This document shows positions 14,901-26,888 of a stretch of DNA of 64,000 nt, in pieces. The notes below the pieces were generated by a model. It was not told where the DNA came from and did no database searches. It saw only the letters and a list, made by a program, of their open reading frames with translations. Numbering within the stretch: the first letter of the stretch is position 1; each line of letters opens with the position of its first letter. Origin of the DNA: Lingula anatina (taxonomy: Eukaryota; Animalia; Brachiopoda); the NCBI GenBank assembly GCA_051362555.1, contig CM120640.1:45238788-45302787 (forward strand), given 5' to 3'. The translations under genes and the position numbers were made by a program.

Positions 14901-16899
14901 ATGTCCTGAAATAATCTTATTTGATCCTCTAAACTTAGAAAATAACAGTTCAATATCTGTTTTAATCAGACAGGTAACATAAAACCGAGACTAAAAATCA
15001 ATAAAAAAAACTCTTAAACCAAATCTAAAAGACAGAACACAAGGAGCTTTAAATCAATTTGAAAATGTCTGAGATGTGCTTCTTCCAACCTACTTGGTGC
15101 TTATAACCACAAAACAAGAAAATGATGCAGCAATTGGTACAGAATATTTTTTCAAGAGCTTAATATGCCTCCTCTTAGTCATCTTAGCCATTTGGGGTTA
15201 TAAACTACAATAAACTCTCAGACACTACATCAGCTTTTTTATCTGCCAAATAGTTGCTATTCAGATGTCTAGCCCAATAAACTAGTACAGAAAATTCCCT
15301 TTGGACATAAAGAATAAAAGCAAAAAACAAAATTAAATTTTTTCATACTCACCTGTAAAGAAATCACTTTCAGGGTGGATAAGACATTCACTAACAATGA
15401 AAAGTGATCCTTTAATAAGCTTGATAGTTATAATTAAAAAAATGAGTTTTATAAAATTTAATTTAAAAAACATTTTTAATTGAACTCTTACTTCTTTCGG
15501 CCTCTTTTCTTTCTTCCTTCTTCTCCACTTTCTTTTCCTCTAACATGGTATGCAGCCGTCTGTTCTCTTCCTGGAGTTTAGCTACTGTTTGCAAGAGATC
15601 TTTGGCATCATTCTTCCAAGTATCTTCAATTTGTTCCAATTCCTGAAATCATTTACAAAAATAGGAAAAAAGTCCTAGAAATGCAACGAAAAAAGATTAT
15701 ATATGTAACTTTTTAAGTGACTGAAAAATAATCACGATAAAAAAGGCAACACAATCCACAAAATACTCAACCTATAGAATTTCCATTTATCAATGGTGAA
15801 CAAGACTGTCCCTTAGTGTGATTTTTTAATTTTAATTTGGTTATTAGTATCTATACAAGAAAGACAATGTTGAATGTATTTTGTAAAAAAATGATTTATC
15901 CATCATACCTCAAAAGTATTAAAAGAAACCAAGTGTATTTTATGAAGTTGACTTTCAGATGAGTGAGTCACCTCAAATAGTTATATTTGAAAAAAGCAAA
16001 CTTACTTATTTCAAAGTCTACAAATTGTTTTCATTATACTGAAAGTACCTGTTCTGGTTTAAGCTTACTAGTAAACTCAGGCAATATAATAATAATAATA
16101 ATTAAACAGAAACATTACACAGTCTGAAATTCAAAAGAAGTTAACTTAAAACCTTGAGGTTAAATCCTGAACATTAGTTAAAAAGAATGTTTTGGAAAGC
16201 AGGTCATCAATTTACTTCTGACAAAATGGGTCTTTTTTCTAGGGATGCTATCAATTTTCAACTCACAGTGAATGCCACAAGTCAAATCACTAGGACAAAA
16301 TCACCATCCTCACAATTTAAGCAACGGAAAGCTTAGACGAGACAGCTTGCATAATCGAAAAAATATTGAATTTGAGATGTAATCAGCAACGAAGCTAAAT
16401 ACACTCAAGTCCTCCTCTATTGATTTTTAATATGAAATGTTATTTTAGGATGGTGACTGGAAATGACATCCCTAATTGTGATAGTAATGAGTTTTCAGAT
16501 AATCACATTGCAGAAAATTAGCACAGCTATCTGAATACTAGTATGCATTATTTCTAAAATGAATACTAAGGAAGGATACTCATATCGATTTATATGTTTT
16601 TTTAAATGAAATCTTTTCATTTAATCTCCAAACATTTTTTCAGCCAATCTTTCCATCTTAGTAAAATTTTCTTCCACATGAATGTAATCATCTACTGTAC
16701 ATGGAACTAGGATCACTTTGGTATGAACAACTTTACCCACTTCAAAGTATAGAGGGATGAATAATATTATGAAAAAATGTTTAACAGTCCTTTTCTTTTA
16801 CTTCAGTTTAAGTTAGCCATCTTTTATATTTGTTGAAATCTTACGTAAGCCTGGTTAAACCATAGCACAAAATAAACAATAATTAATAAACAATAATAA

Positions 16900-16940
<41 letters not shown>

Positions 16941-18675
16941 GGTGAATATGAGGCTTGAGTAGAGGGATATATACATATACATAAAACACTTAACATGCCA
17001 AATCCATAACTAGTAGGTTACAATGCAATCCAGGTAGTTTATTCACCTAAAGTTGGGACAACCTTTTATGTAGACCTGTTCAGACCTTTCTCTTTCTATT
17101 TATTTGACATGTTATATTTATTCAGAATATTAGATAATTATACTAAATACAATGCCATTAGCCAGATCAACAAGATATCATCAGAGGTTGCTAAGCTTCA
17201 TTTCAACCATGACCTCATTGTTATACCTTTAACTGTCACAGTCTGTGACTGCAGGGGAAATATCTAAGCAGGTAAGTTGCAGAGTGAGATTCCTAACATA
17301 GCTTTGCAATCCATTTCATACTCTTAACAGGTTTACCAGTCTCAAGATGTATATGATAACACTGTTTTCATTGTACAGATTGTTCAAATCAAAAGATGTT
17401 ACTTTTGTGACTTATTATGTTCCATACCACTTGAAAAATCCTGAACAAATCTTGTGCAAAGGCAGATGTCTACAATGAATGGACTAATATGTTAATTCAT
17501 ATTTTTTCTTAATGATGATTTCCTACTTAAACTACCATAAAAGTTAAATGAAAATCTAATGCTTTTTTTTTTTGCAAGATTTTAACAATTCCATTTTACT
17601 TGAAAGAAACCTGCTTCCATCTGGATAAAAAGTCATTAATGAATAGATAACAGGGCAAACTTTGGAATGACAGACCCATGCCTTACTTTTCTTTAACTAT
17701 TTTTAAATGGACAAGTATCACTGAGTCAAGACCACATACATGTACTCATATAAATGCAAACAAAATCAGTTGCCTAAGATTTTTTTTCAAAAAGACAAAT
17801 AGACTGCCAACCTCCTTGAGTCAATTTTTCTACAAAAAATATTTTTCTGCATGTTGTTTCGCTCATTTCTTAAATTCAGAATAAAGTGATTTGTGGTCAG
17901 TCAATGCAAGAAGAAGTAAACATTTAGATAAAACTGACAGGAAATGATTTCTTTTCCTGATCCGAATGGATCATTCATATATTGCACTGACAAAATACTC
18001 TAAAAAAATCAATAAGTGCATGAAATGCGGACTGAACACTCTAAAGAGCTCTTATAAGATGCTACATGCTTTCATGCTTTATTGGGTTTAATAAGACGCT
18101 GACACAATGGTTCTTATCAGTGCATAATTTCGTGAGCAGTGTGTGTGTGTGTGTGCGTGCATGCGTGCGTGCGTGTGTGTGTGTGGTTAAAATATCAATG
18201 TAGACAAAATAGGAACATCTTAACTGTGCTCATGATATTAATTTGTTGAACGCGGTTATTTCCTTAACAGATATAATTAGGATAACATGGACTTTTTCAT
18301 ATGGTGCCACTGCTAACATGCAGTGAACAACATTATAAACTGACACAGACTAATTATTATTATTATATTTTAAATTTTTTTATTTACCTGTTCGTACTTT
18401 GCCCTCTCGGCTGCACGCTCCATTTTTTCTGCCTCCATCCTCTGCAACGCCGACCTTAGGTCGGCAAGTTCATTATTTTCCTTTTCATTCTTATTGGCAA
18501 GTGCTTCGAGCTGTTCTAAAACTCGAATCACTTTTGGCATCAAATCTGTCACTGCTTCGGTTCCATAATTGTCAATCAAAGCCTCAAATTCTTTTCCGAT
18601 TGCCGCCGCTGTATCATAAACATCTACTACTGTTATGTTTGCAAGCTCTTCCATGTCCTTTTCTTTGTACGGCAT
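4446..18675 (-). CDS. RILPL1: RILP-like protein (RH1 + coiled coil + RH2 Rab-binding domain), about 421 aa with the distal terminal exon
   Basis: Exons: 18675-18388 (MPYKEKDMEELANITVVDVYDTAAAIGKEFEALIDNYG..LMPKVIRVLEQLE, RH1), 15642-15492, 10571-10453, 7997-7794, 7386-7196 (DLKDPNRPRFTLSELREVLLERNELKTRLIEVEEEL, RH2), 6362-6249 (PVQGPINKEP..ESGIRK) and 4644-4446. All junction phases are consistent. The symbol indicates the RILP/RILPL1/RILPL2 family homolog. Confidence 0.93.
5258..5291 (-). CDS. RILPL alternative terminal exon B ((L)FHSIMEKFTD*)
   Basis: The acceptor ttttgttgccattacAG is followed by a phase-2-compatible frame that continues ESGIRK-L. Confidence 0.6.
5616..5664 (-). CDS. RILPL alternative terminal exon A ((F)FRRLLERLEPVENID*)
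   Basis: The acceptor atccatcttcacctAG is followed by a phase-2-compatible frame that continues ESGIRK-F. Confidence 0.6.
8898..8936. repeat. (CA)n microsatellite
   Basis: Direct reading. Confidence 0.95.
16904..16938. repeat. (TA)n microsatellite
   Basis: Direct reading. Confidence 0.95.
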
Positions 18676-18719
18676 GCTTCCTACAAATGCAGAACCATAG
18701 TTTCCAGACACTTTTTAAG

Positions 18720-19290
18720 ATCGATTTCTTGCGACCGCATTTAGGCTTCTGTCACAAGACGATGATTCTAAACATTCACCTCGCACTGTGGATTTTGACG
18801 CTTTTCGATTGGCTGAATGGATCTAACGCACCTGAGAGCACATCAGTGAAAATGTCTAGGAATGGGTTTGATTATAGATAATCCAGAACATTCTTAGGAT
18901 TTATACTCTATTTGGTTTTCCTAAAAGTATCCTTGATTTAACAGATTCCTTTAATTACTTTTCTTTTTTCGTCAGGTTTATCTTGTACTTGGAGCGCCAC
19001 CTGGAGCAGTGTTGTTGCTAACTTTCAGCAGAAACGTAAACACGACCACCTGTTAAGTGGTAGATTTCATCGCTGAAGTACTCAGGCCTTTCTCCTAGAG
19101 AATACTCAAAGCACTTAAGGTGTCAAAAAAGCAAATGCAGGCAACAGTGTTGTGTTTTGCACGCCGGATGTAGGTTGCTAATGCAATCCAATTTCCAAAC
19201 CAAGATGCAGCAACAAGTGCAGATGGTCACAGAGCGTTAAAAGTCATATCTTACCTAGTCAGTTCGTATACAGTATGGTAAATAAACGAC
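18720..19290. promoter_or_regulatory. Bidirectional promoter region between RILPL (-) and the ankyrin/death-domain gene (+)
   Basis: The start codons are about 620 bp apart, head-to-head, in a locally CpG-richer stretch. There is a CCAAT box (ATTGG 18808-18812) and a CTCF-like motif at 18991-19008. Confidence 0.6.
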
Positions 19291-19293
19291 AAA

Positions 19294-22200
19294 ATGGCTT
19301 TAACAGGACACATTGACATTGATGTTGTGGTGAGTGTAGTATTGTGTTATTTTTATTCATCTGTCAGTTTGCTTCTAGAGAATAAACAGTACATGTAATA
19401 CGCACCCCACCCACACTGTAAACTGTTACAATTAAGTAATTGGGGAGAGTTGAGTTTTCTATTTGTGTAATTGTGGGACAGTACACTCAAAGTTGTGATG
19501 CACATGAAAAGAAAGGATTCATACCTTTTCAGGATGAAGATGCCTATTTGCGAGATCTCATACAGGCTGTGGACTACAAAAACCTGAAGAGAGTTCAGTT
19601 TTTGATGCCAAGCATCAAGGTAATTGGTTTATACTGGTATTAAATAATTTAGGTGTCATCCATTTTTATTATAATTCTCACAAGTCTACAAACCTTACAG
19701 TGTGTGTGTGTGTGTATGTGTGTGTCTATGGGGGGGGGGGGGGTTAGGGCCCTCTGTACATGTTGATGCCTTTGACTTAAATCACACCACAAATTAAATC
19801 ATTCTTCTGCATTTTTTTTATATCATAGACCTAACACTACTCTAGGTAACATGCTATATCCAAGTCCCTCACCGCCTCACGCACAGCTCTACCAAGTAAA
19901 CAACAAATCAGTCAAATGTCAAATTAAAACACAACAGTACACTTCTGGAAAAAAAAATTGAAATTGATTATCTTCACTTCCAGGGATGTGCTTGCAAAGG
20001 TCAACATTTCTAGCTTCATGATGTACTCTCTGAAGTGAGGGGGTATAATAAGTATATTTTTGTGTTCTAGTACTTGTAAAAATGGTGATAAAAATGGATG
20101 ACCCCTTAGATAATGCAGTTGTAGTTAAATGCAAAATACAGTGTAACACAGCACAATATACTGGAAAAAATGACTTCAGACACCAGTAAGACTTGGAAAT
20201 GGTAAATCGCAAGAAAATAGGATATAATGATATAATTTTAGATGAAAATATATTGCTAAGCACTGGTAATTGACAGCACAGAGAGAACTTACAAATCATT
20301 TCAATATGTTAATGTACACCGTAGTACCGCCATATTGAAAACTTCTGGAAGAGCTACCAGGACATAGCTCTTTTCGAGTTTTCAAATGTGGCATACAAGC
20401 AATGTATTGCACTACAAATGTATATTATTCTGTATTGCACATTATAATGGCACATTTTAATGTAAGTGAAGGGTTTCAAATACAGATGTATAATTTAATT
20501 ATTTCATATGTCATACAGAGTACATGCTGCAAACATTGAATTAAGATGTTAATATTAATAATAATATAATAATAATAATAATTCCTTATACAAAAACTAG
20601 TAGAACATTATGCAAATAAAATTATATGTACTCAGCTGTGAGTACCAGTGCCATACCAGTAGCATATTCAGGACATGGATTAGAATCAGATTTTGTTGAG
20701 CCTTATCAAAAGTTTAGGTAAAGAAACACGTCTTTAAACACATTCTTTTCAACCTCTGTTTTAGGAACAAATTAAAGAAGTATTCACAGAGGATGATGGT
20801 GTGGGTCACTACTTTCAAGTAGCCACAGAAGACACCTCTCGCTATGCCTGGGTATTAGGAGAGGCTTTACGTAGAGCAAGCCAGCAGGGCACAGGAGATA
20901 TCGTGGAATTCTTGCTGGACAGTGGAGCAGATATTAATTCAAAAAATGATGTAAGGAAATGTTGTAACTGTATATTTTATTTTAAATAATAATTAAAGAT
21001 AGTGAAAATAACTAAGACCATAAAAAACATTACCCCCTCCTAAAAAAGAAAAAAACTTAATTGATTTTCTTTAAAATTTCATATAAACTACAAATAAATG
21101 TGGATGTCATCTGCAGTTTCTTTAGTGTCAGTGCACATCATTATTGTTTGATTCAATAACATTATACTTTTAATTTCAGGAAGGGTTTACTGCACTCATG
21201 AAAGCCAGTGAGAGAGGCCAGTTAGATGTAGTACAGATATTGCTGAGAAGAGGGGCTGATGTTAACTTAACAAACAAGGTACCAGTTACAGCTATACAAC
21301 ACAACATTCAACCAGATAGCATTTTAATCCAGCGTAATGACTTACCTGTAAAATATCCAAAACAAATGTTGATCATTATACATTTTGAATAGCACCTTAT
21401 CAGTAGGTACAAGTAGTTCAACATAACATAATTTCATCAGCAGTTTGATTTTCAGTATTGGTTGAGTTCTTATATACTCCATGCTAGTATCATAACTATT
21501 GTTCTTTCTTTCTTTTTCTTTCTTTCTTTGTGAAATGTTTCATAAATATTTTCCTGAAGTTTATTGATTTAAATGCATCTATCACCCCCTCTATCTCGCA
21601 CCCCCCTCCCCTCTACACATGCACACAGTAGCTGCTATACTTGATTTTTGCTCTCTCAGGTTGGTTCCAGTGCTCTCCAATGGATATCACGTATTCCAGA
21701 AAGATGGCCTGTTGTGAAGATGTTGCTTGAACATAAGGAGACAGATGTCAATCTTGCTGCACATAAGGTATATATTTATTGTTGATATTTGAAGAGGAGT
21801 ACTGCAAAGACATTGGAATATATTTGATCAGATATTATTTTCTGTGCTATGATTGATTATTGTTATATAAAAGAATTATAATCCATCTCATTGTTTTGAA
21901 CATCAGGTCACCAATTATCCATGGGAATTTTTTCAATATTGGGCTTCATATGTATTTACAGACTGCTTAGGTCAATGGTAACTTAGTAAACCAAGTGCAA
22001 ATTTTGAAGCATGTTTATTATCATCTTTTTCATTGACAAGAAATTTTGAAGTTAATTTTTGTTCATATTTTAGCTAGGTAAGACTGCTTTGCATTGTGCA
22101 GCAGAGATGGACACACTGGGGAAAACTTTGAGACTACTACTGGATTACAATGCAGACCAAAATGCGAAAGCCAAGGCATGCAATATGTTTATCAATGAAA

Positions 22201-24274
22201 TAGTTAACATTTGGATAATAGGCACAAAATGAAGCATTAAAAATAATGATGTCTGTGATGGGAGATTTTAGGATAGTGGTTAATTAGTTTGTTGTACGTT
22301 GTACCAGTACAAGTAAATGCTGTTTATTGTACAGGTGTATGTCACTTTTTAAAAAACTCAACATTCAATTTATTAGATCCTGTCATAAAATCTTGTCAAA
22401 TTTGATAAATTGTTTTAATATAGTGCTTTGTATTATAGCCAGAACTTAAAGATTTGGAAATATGTATTACCATGACCCCTTGCCTTTTAAGGATGGCCGT
22501 ACAGCTCTCCATTTTGCAGCAGAAAGAGGACACCATAGGAACATTGTCACATTAATACATTATGGAGCACATCCACATGTGAGGGAAAATCAGGTACTTG
22601 TTTAATTTTAACCTGGTATACTGGTAGGTACATGTACATCAGTAACATGTGCCTTGGAAAACATTGCATGTGCACTTAATTGTTACACATTTGTCCAGTG
22701 TATACACAATATTTAAGGGCTAAATACCCGGTAGACCTTCATGTACCAAATTCCATCACCTTGTCAAATAGAAGCACAAAAGAAACACAGTATCAAATAG
22801 TTGACACAACTTCCCATGCATAGCACTTCCCTAGCTTTTCCATGCTATTTTAGTTGGGTTCCACCCCTATGCACCTAGCTGCACAGAATGGAGAAGTCAG
22901 AGTTGTTGAGGAGTTATTACTTGGAGGTGCTGATCCTACCATCAAGGATAGGGTAAGCAACTTATTGTTTGAATATTTTATCCCCACCCCACCCCTTTTT
23001 AATAGCCGAAGGCCAGGCAAAATTGTATTTACAAATAGCTGTCATTTTCTTTTGTATTAATTATGAAATAATTTTAATAAACTGTACTTTGTAATTAAGA
23101 ACATTTTTATTCCTGAGTAAATTTTAACAATTTTATCCCTTTTCAGTTTGGTAGAACAGCCAAAGATAGAGTGGTAAATTATTCTAAGATTATCAAAGAA
23201 AAGAAATTGTACTTTGATGAGTTGATGAGGATTTTTGAAAGTCAGGCACAGATGATTCATTGTCTAGAGGTAAATATGTGCATGGCAAAAGCTAATGATT
23301 CAGAACCAGTTTTCTCCTGGTGAGCTTACATTATGATCAGTTGTTGTTCTTAATGATGGAGATAAAGGGAAAACTGCTTAATTTTCCAAGAAAGTTATTA
23401 TTACTTTTGTGATATAAAGGTCTAACCCGCATGTTATGTTTTTAACTAAAATAGCTTACTGTTTTACTGAATGGTAATTTATTTCAGAACCAAAAATTCC
23501 AACAAGTAATACATGATGTGTGTGAACTCATTCCTGATAGACATTGGATTCATTTATGCACAGACTTATTTCAAGACCAAGAAACTGCTGAGAAAGTCAA
23601 TAAACAAGTCAAGGACAAAATTTTAGATGGCGGACTGCCCATTATTGCTTATAATGTTCTGAAGGAGTGGACAAAGCAGTGTCCACTTTGGGCCACTTAT
23701 TGGGTGTTTGACCGTGCACTCAGGGACAACAATTTAGATTATATTGCTGGTAAGAAATGGCCTCTAGTATTTAATAATATATATAGTTATAACATTGTTT
23801 CCCTCAATTACACAAAATTTTTTGCCCATCACAGTTATCCCTTTTAATCTTGTTGTTCAATTCTTTCTGACAGTGTATCATCTTATAAAAGCATATTGAT
23901 ACATAATAACAAACTACCCAACTTTTTGGAGTGCCAAGCCTGCCTGAATCAGTCCTCTGTATGTACACTATGGTAACTATTAAAATGTTTTGGGTACCCA
24001 TAGGCCCCATTCAGAATGAGAAGAACTGAGTGCTAACTGGGCCACGGCTTAAATATGGCACAGTAATAAATCTCACCTCTATTCGACCAGATGCATGGGG
24101 AGGAGTGTGATACTTGGATCTTCTATTCTGAATGGCCCCATACTGCTTTTTTTTTTGCTCTCTGTCTGGACAAATGTTACTGTATTTTTTTGCTTTTCAG
24201 ATAACATGGTTGAGCAGTTTTGCTACCCCGTGACCCAAAGAAATAAAAAGGTTTTGCCAAAGCCATGGCTGTGA
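19294..24274 (+). CDS. Ankyrin-repeat and C-terminal death-domain protein (ANKDD1-like architecture), about 425 aa
   Basis: Exons: 19294-19329, 19533-19619, 20765-20950, 21180-21278 (EGFTALMKASERGQLDVVQILLRRGADVN), 21660-21767, 22074-22175 (GKTALHCAAE), 22492-22593 (GRTALHFAAERGH), 22854-22952 (GSTPMHLAAQNG), 23147-23269, 23488-23749 (death-fold-like W..L..AYNVLKEW..AT..ALRDNNLDYIA) and 24201-24274. Each 99-108-nt phase-0 exon encodes one ankyrin repeat. The ankyrin call is firm; the death domain is called by pattern only. Confidence 0.85.
24003..24139. mobile_element. Small degenerate MITE-like inverted-repeat element
   Basis: Imperfect TIRs GGCCCCATTCAGAATGAGAAG ... CTTCTATTCTGAATGGCCCC in the last intron of the ankyrin gene. 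Confidence 0.5.
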
Positions 24275-26888
24275 TTTTACAGAAAATGGACCTTTTTTTA
24301 TCAAAGTTTTAGTTTGAAAGTGTTAAAGCAAAGATATTAAAATCAAACATGACCATAAAATGTGACATTAGGATTGTGCAGCTTAATGGATTTCAGACGT
24401 TACGGTTCATTTTGATACTAGTTGTAATATGCTACATGTACTTTCCTTAATATCTTTACAATTAAAATGAATAATAAAAAGCCTATTTATTTTTAATAAG
24501 ATGCATGGATTTTTTTTATCATGTTCAACTATATTATATGATTCGTAAAGTTTTCATTTCTGTGGGTATTTAAGAGTGTCATACTGGTATTTTCCTCTTT
24601 GAAAGTTGTTTTCATTTTACTTTTATAAAGGGGGCATTAGACAATTATCAAATGTATGAAATGTATTTTTCTAATCAAGCTACCAAGATTGTGTGCATTT
24701 AACTTTTTGAAGGAGTAAGAAGTTAGTAGCATTACAAAATGTATTATATAGATTTTGTGCCTTCATTTTCTTGCAACTTTCAGTTTCTTCAAGAGTGGTA
24801 TCATGTACATTTTGGTATCCTTGCATGGTCATCTCATATTTATCAAAGAAAAAATGAAATCAGGGACCATATCCACTACCTAATACAGCTATCAACTTAA
24901 TTTTACCAATTTAGAATTTACCATCAAAAGTAACTGGCATGACCAACCACAGAAAGTGAAGCAGTCTTCAAAAGTCTTAATTTTTTTCAAAAGAAAATTA
25001 TTTGCACCTAATGGGTTTTATAAAGAGGCTTTATTTTGCTAAACCAAAGTACATGGTTGCTGATTAATATTTGGTAAAACCTAAATGATAATACTTAATT
25101 ACATTTATATGTATTTTATCCTTTAACTGCATATTTTAATCATGAAATATGGTGTTCTTTCACTAAATAGAATCATATAAAAATATTCATTTCCTTCCAT
25201 TTGCCCACAATAAGACTAATCCAGTATGTATCAATAATAAATACTTAGCAACTGCTCTGGTTGGAATCCTTCACCAAGTTAATCATATATATTATACACA
25301 TATGAATAAATTCTATTTCATACAGTAATGATATTATACTATAATATATAATTACAGTGTATATAATGTATGTATACAAATATGAAGCTCTGAATATGCA
25401 TAGAGTGATGTTTATACTGTTGTGTATTGCTATAGGCATCCAGAATGAACATAAATTACAGACTAGATTTAAACTAGGCATAAAAAAACTAAAGACTAAA
25501 AAAATCATTACACTGCACATAAAATTATTCAAAATAAAAGTTTTCCTTTCAATCTCATGAACTGTGGCACAACTGAGACATCTGAGATAAAAAAACTTTT
25601 TTTATTAAAACATACTAGTAATTTCACACACCTTTTGATTGTTCTATAATATGAGATCCAACTGATTATTAAAAAGAATCTTAGAAAAATAGCCAATTGC
25701 ACTGTCACATGGCAACATTCTGACTAGATAATATCATTTTTCAAGTATGTTCAATAATTGCTTAATCAAACTACCTCAAGTTGTAGTCTTAAATAATTTC
25801 CAAAATATATATAATATCATCATTTAATTCTTAAACCTTGAACTGTGTAGCACCATAAATATTGACCTGATAATCTAAAAATCAGAAATTCTTGAGCAAC
25901 CAAATGCAAATAATTTAATAATTCCAAATTGAACAGAGCAACAAATCTTTTTTAAGTTCAGAATGAACAGATATTTTTCACTGTACATAAAATCATTATA
26001 TTTCATGAGCAGAAATATTAACTGGCCATTCATTGGCCTAGTTGATTCTAGACTGAAATCTCTATCACCTATGACTGAGTTTGGAAGTGCACTATTTGCA
26101 TACCTATCACATAGTCAATTGCTCCAAGAAAACATTTGATTCATGGCTCTTAAACTTATAAAATATAAACAAAAACAAAAAAATTTAAAACATAATCAAA
26201 CAGGACAAGAAATAAAATCTTAATACCTTCTCATTCAAAATATAACATGGAAAATTAAAAACATAACTATATTATCAATGTGATTTGAAACAAATGATAA
26301 TATGGCGATATGTATTTCTAATATTATATATTAAAAGCCAATTAGATTTAAAAAAATTAATATGGATTCAACTCTTCCAGACAACAATGCTTTTGATCAA
26401 GTAAAATGTTGATTGGAAAACAAATTGGGAAAATTCTGAAATAATTTTTAGCATTTTTACTAGATGTTGTAATGTAGTGAGTAGATTTGCAGTATACACC
26501 AACAGTATCTAATTGTATACAAAAATGCATGATATAAATGCACAAATTCCATGATATAAATGTTGAACCATATACAAAAAAAATTATTTCAAGAAAAATA
26601 AATGAGAACTAAATAACAATAAATTAATTTATGATTGTATCTAGACAATTGTGTATAATAGTTCAATTTAAATCAACAACAGAAAATGAACTAACATGAT
26701 AGTGGCCAACATGGGCAACTTTTCAGCCATGCATAGAGCACCAACTTTGCAATAAGTATTATGACAATTTTTGTTTTAAAATTTACAATGACATTTCAAA
26801 ATATAAATCTTTAATAATGTATTAAAATATTGTTTTATTTAGATAAACATGGAAGATGTGTTTCTCCTGTATTATATCCTGCCCCACA

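Noticed and set aside
18399-18881. 160-aa plus-strand ORF
   Set aside because: Antisense to RILPL exon 1, non-ATG start, no protein-like features.
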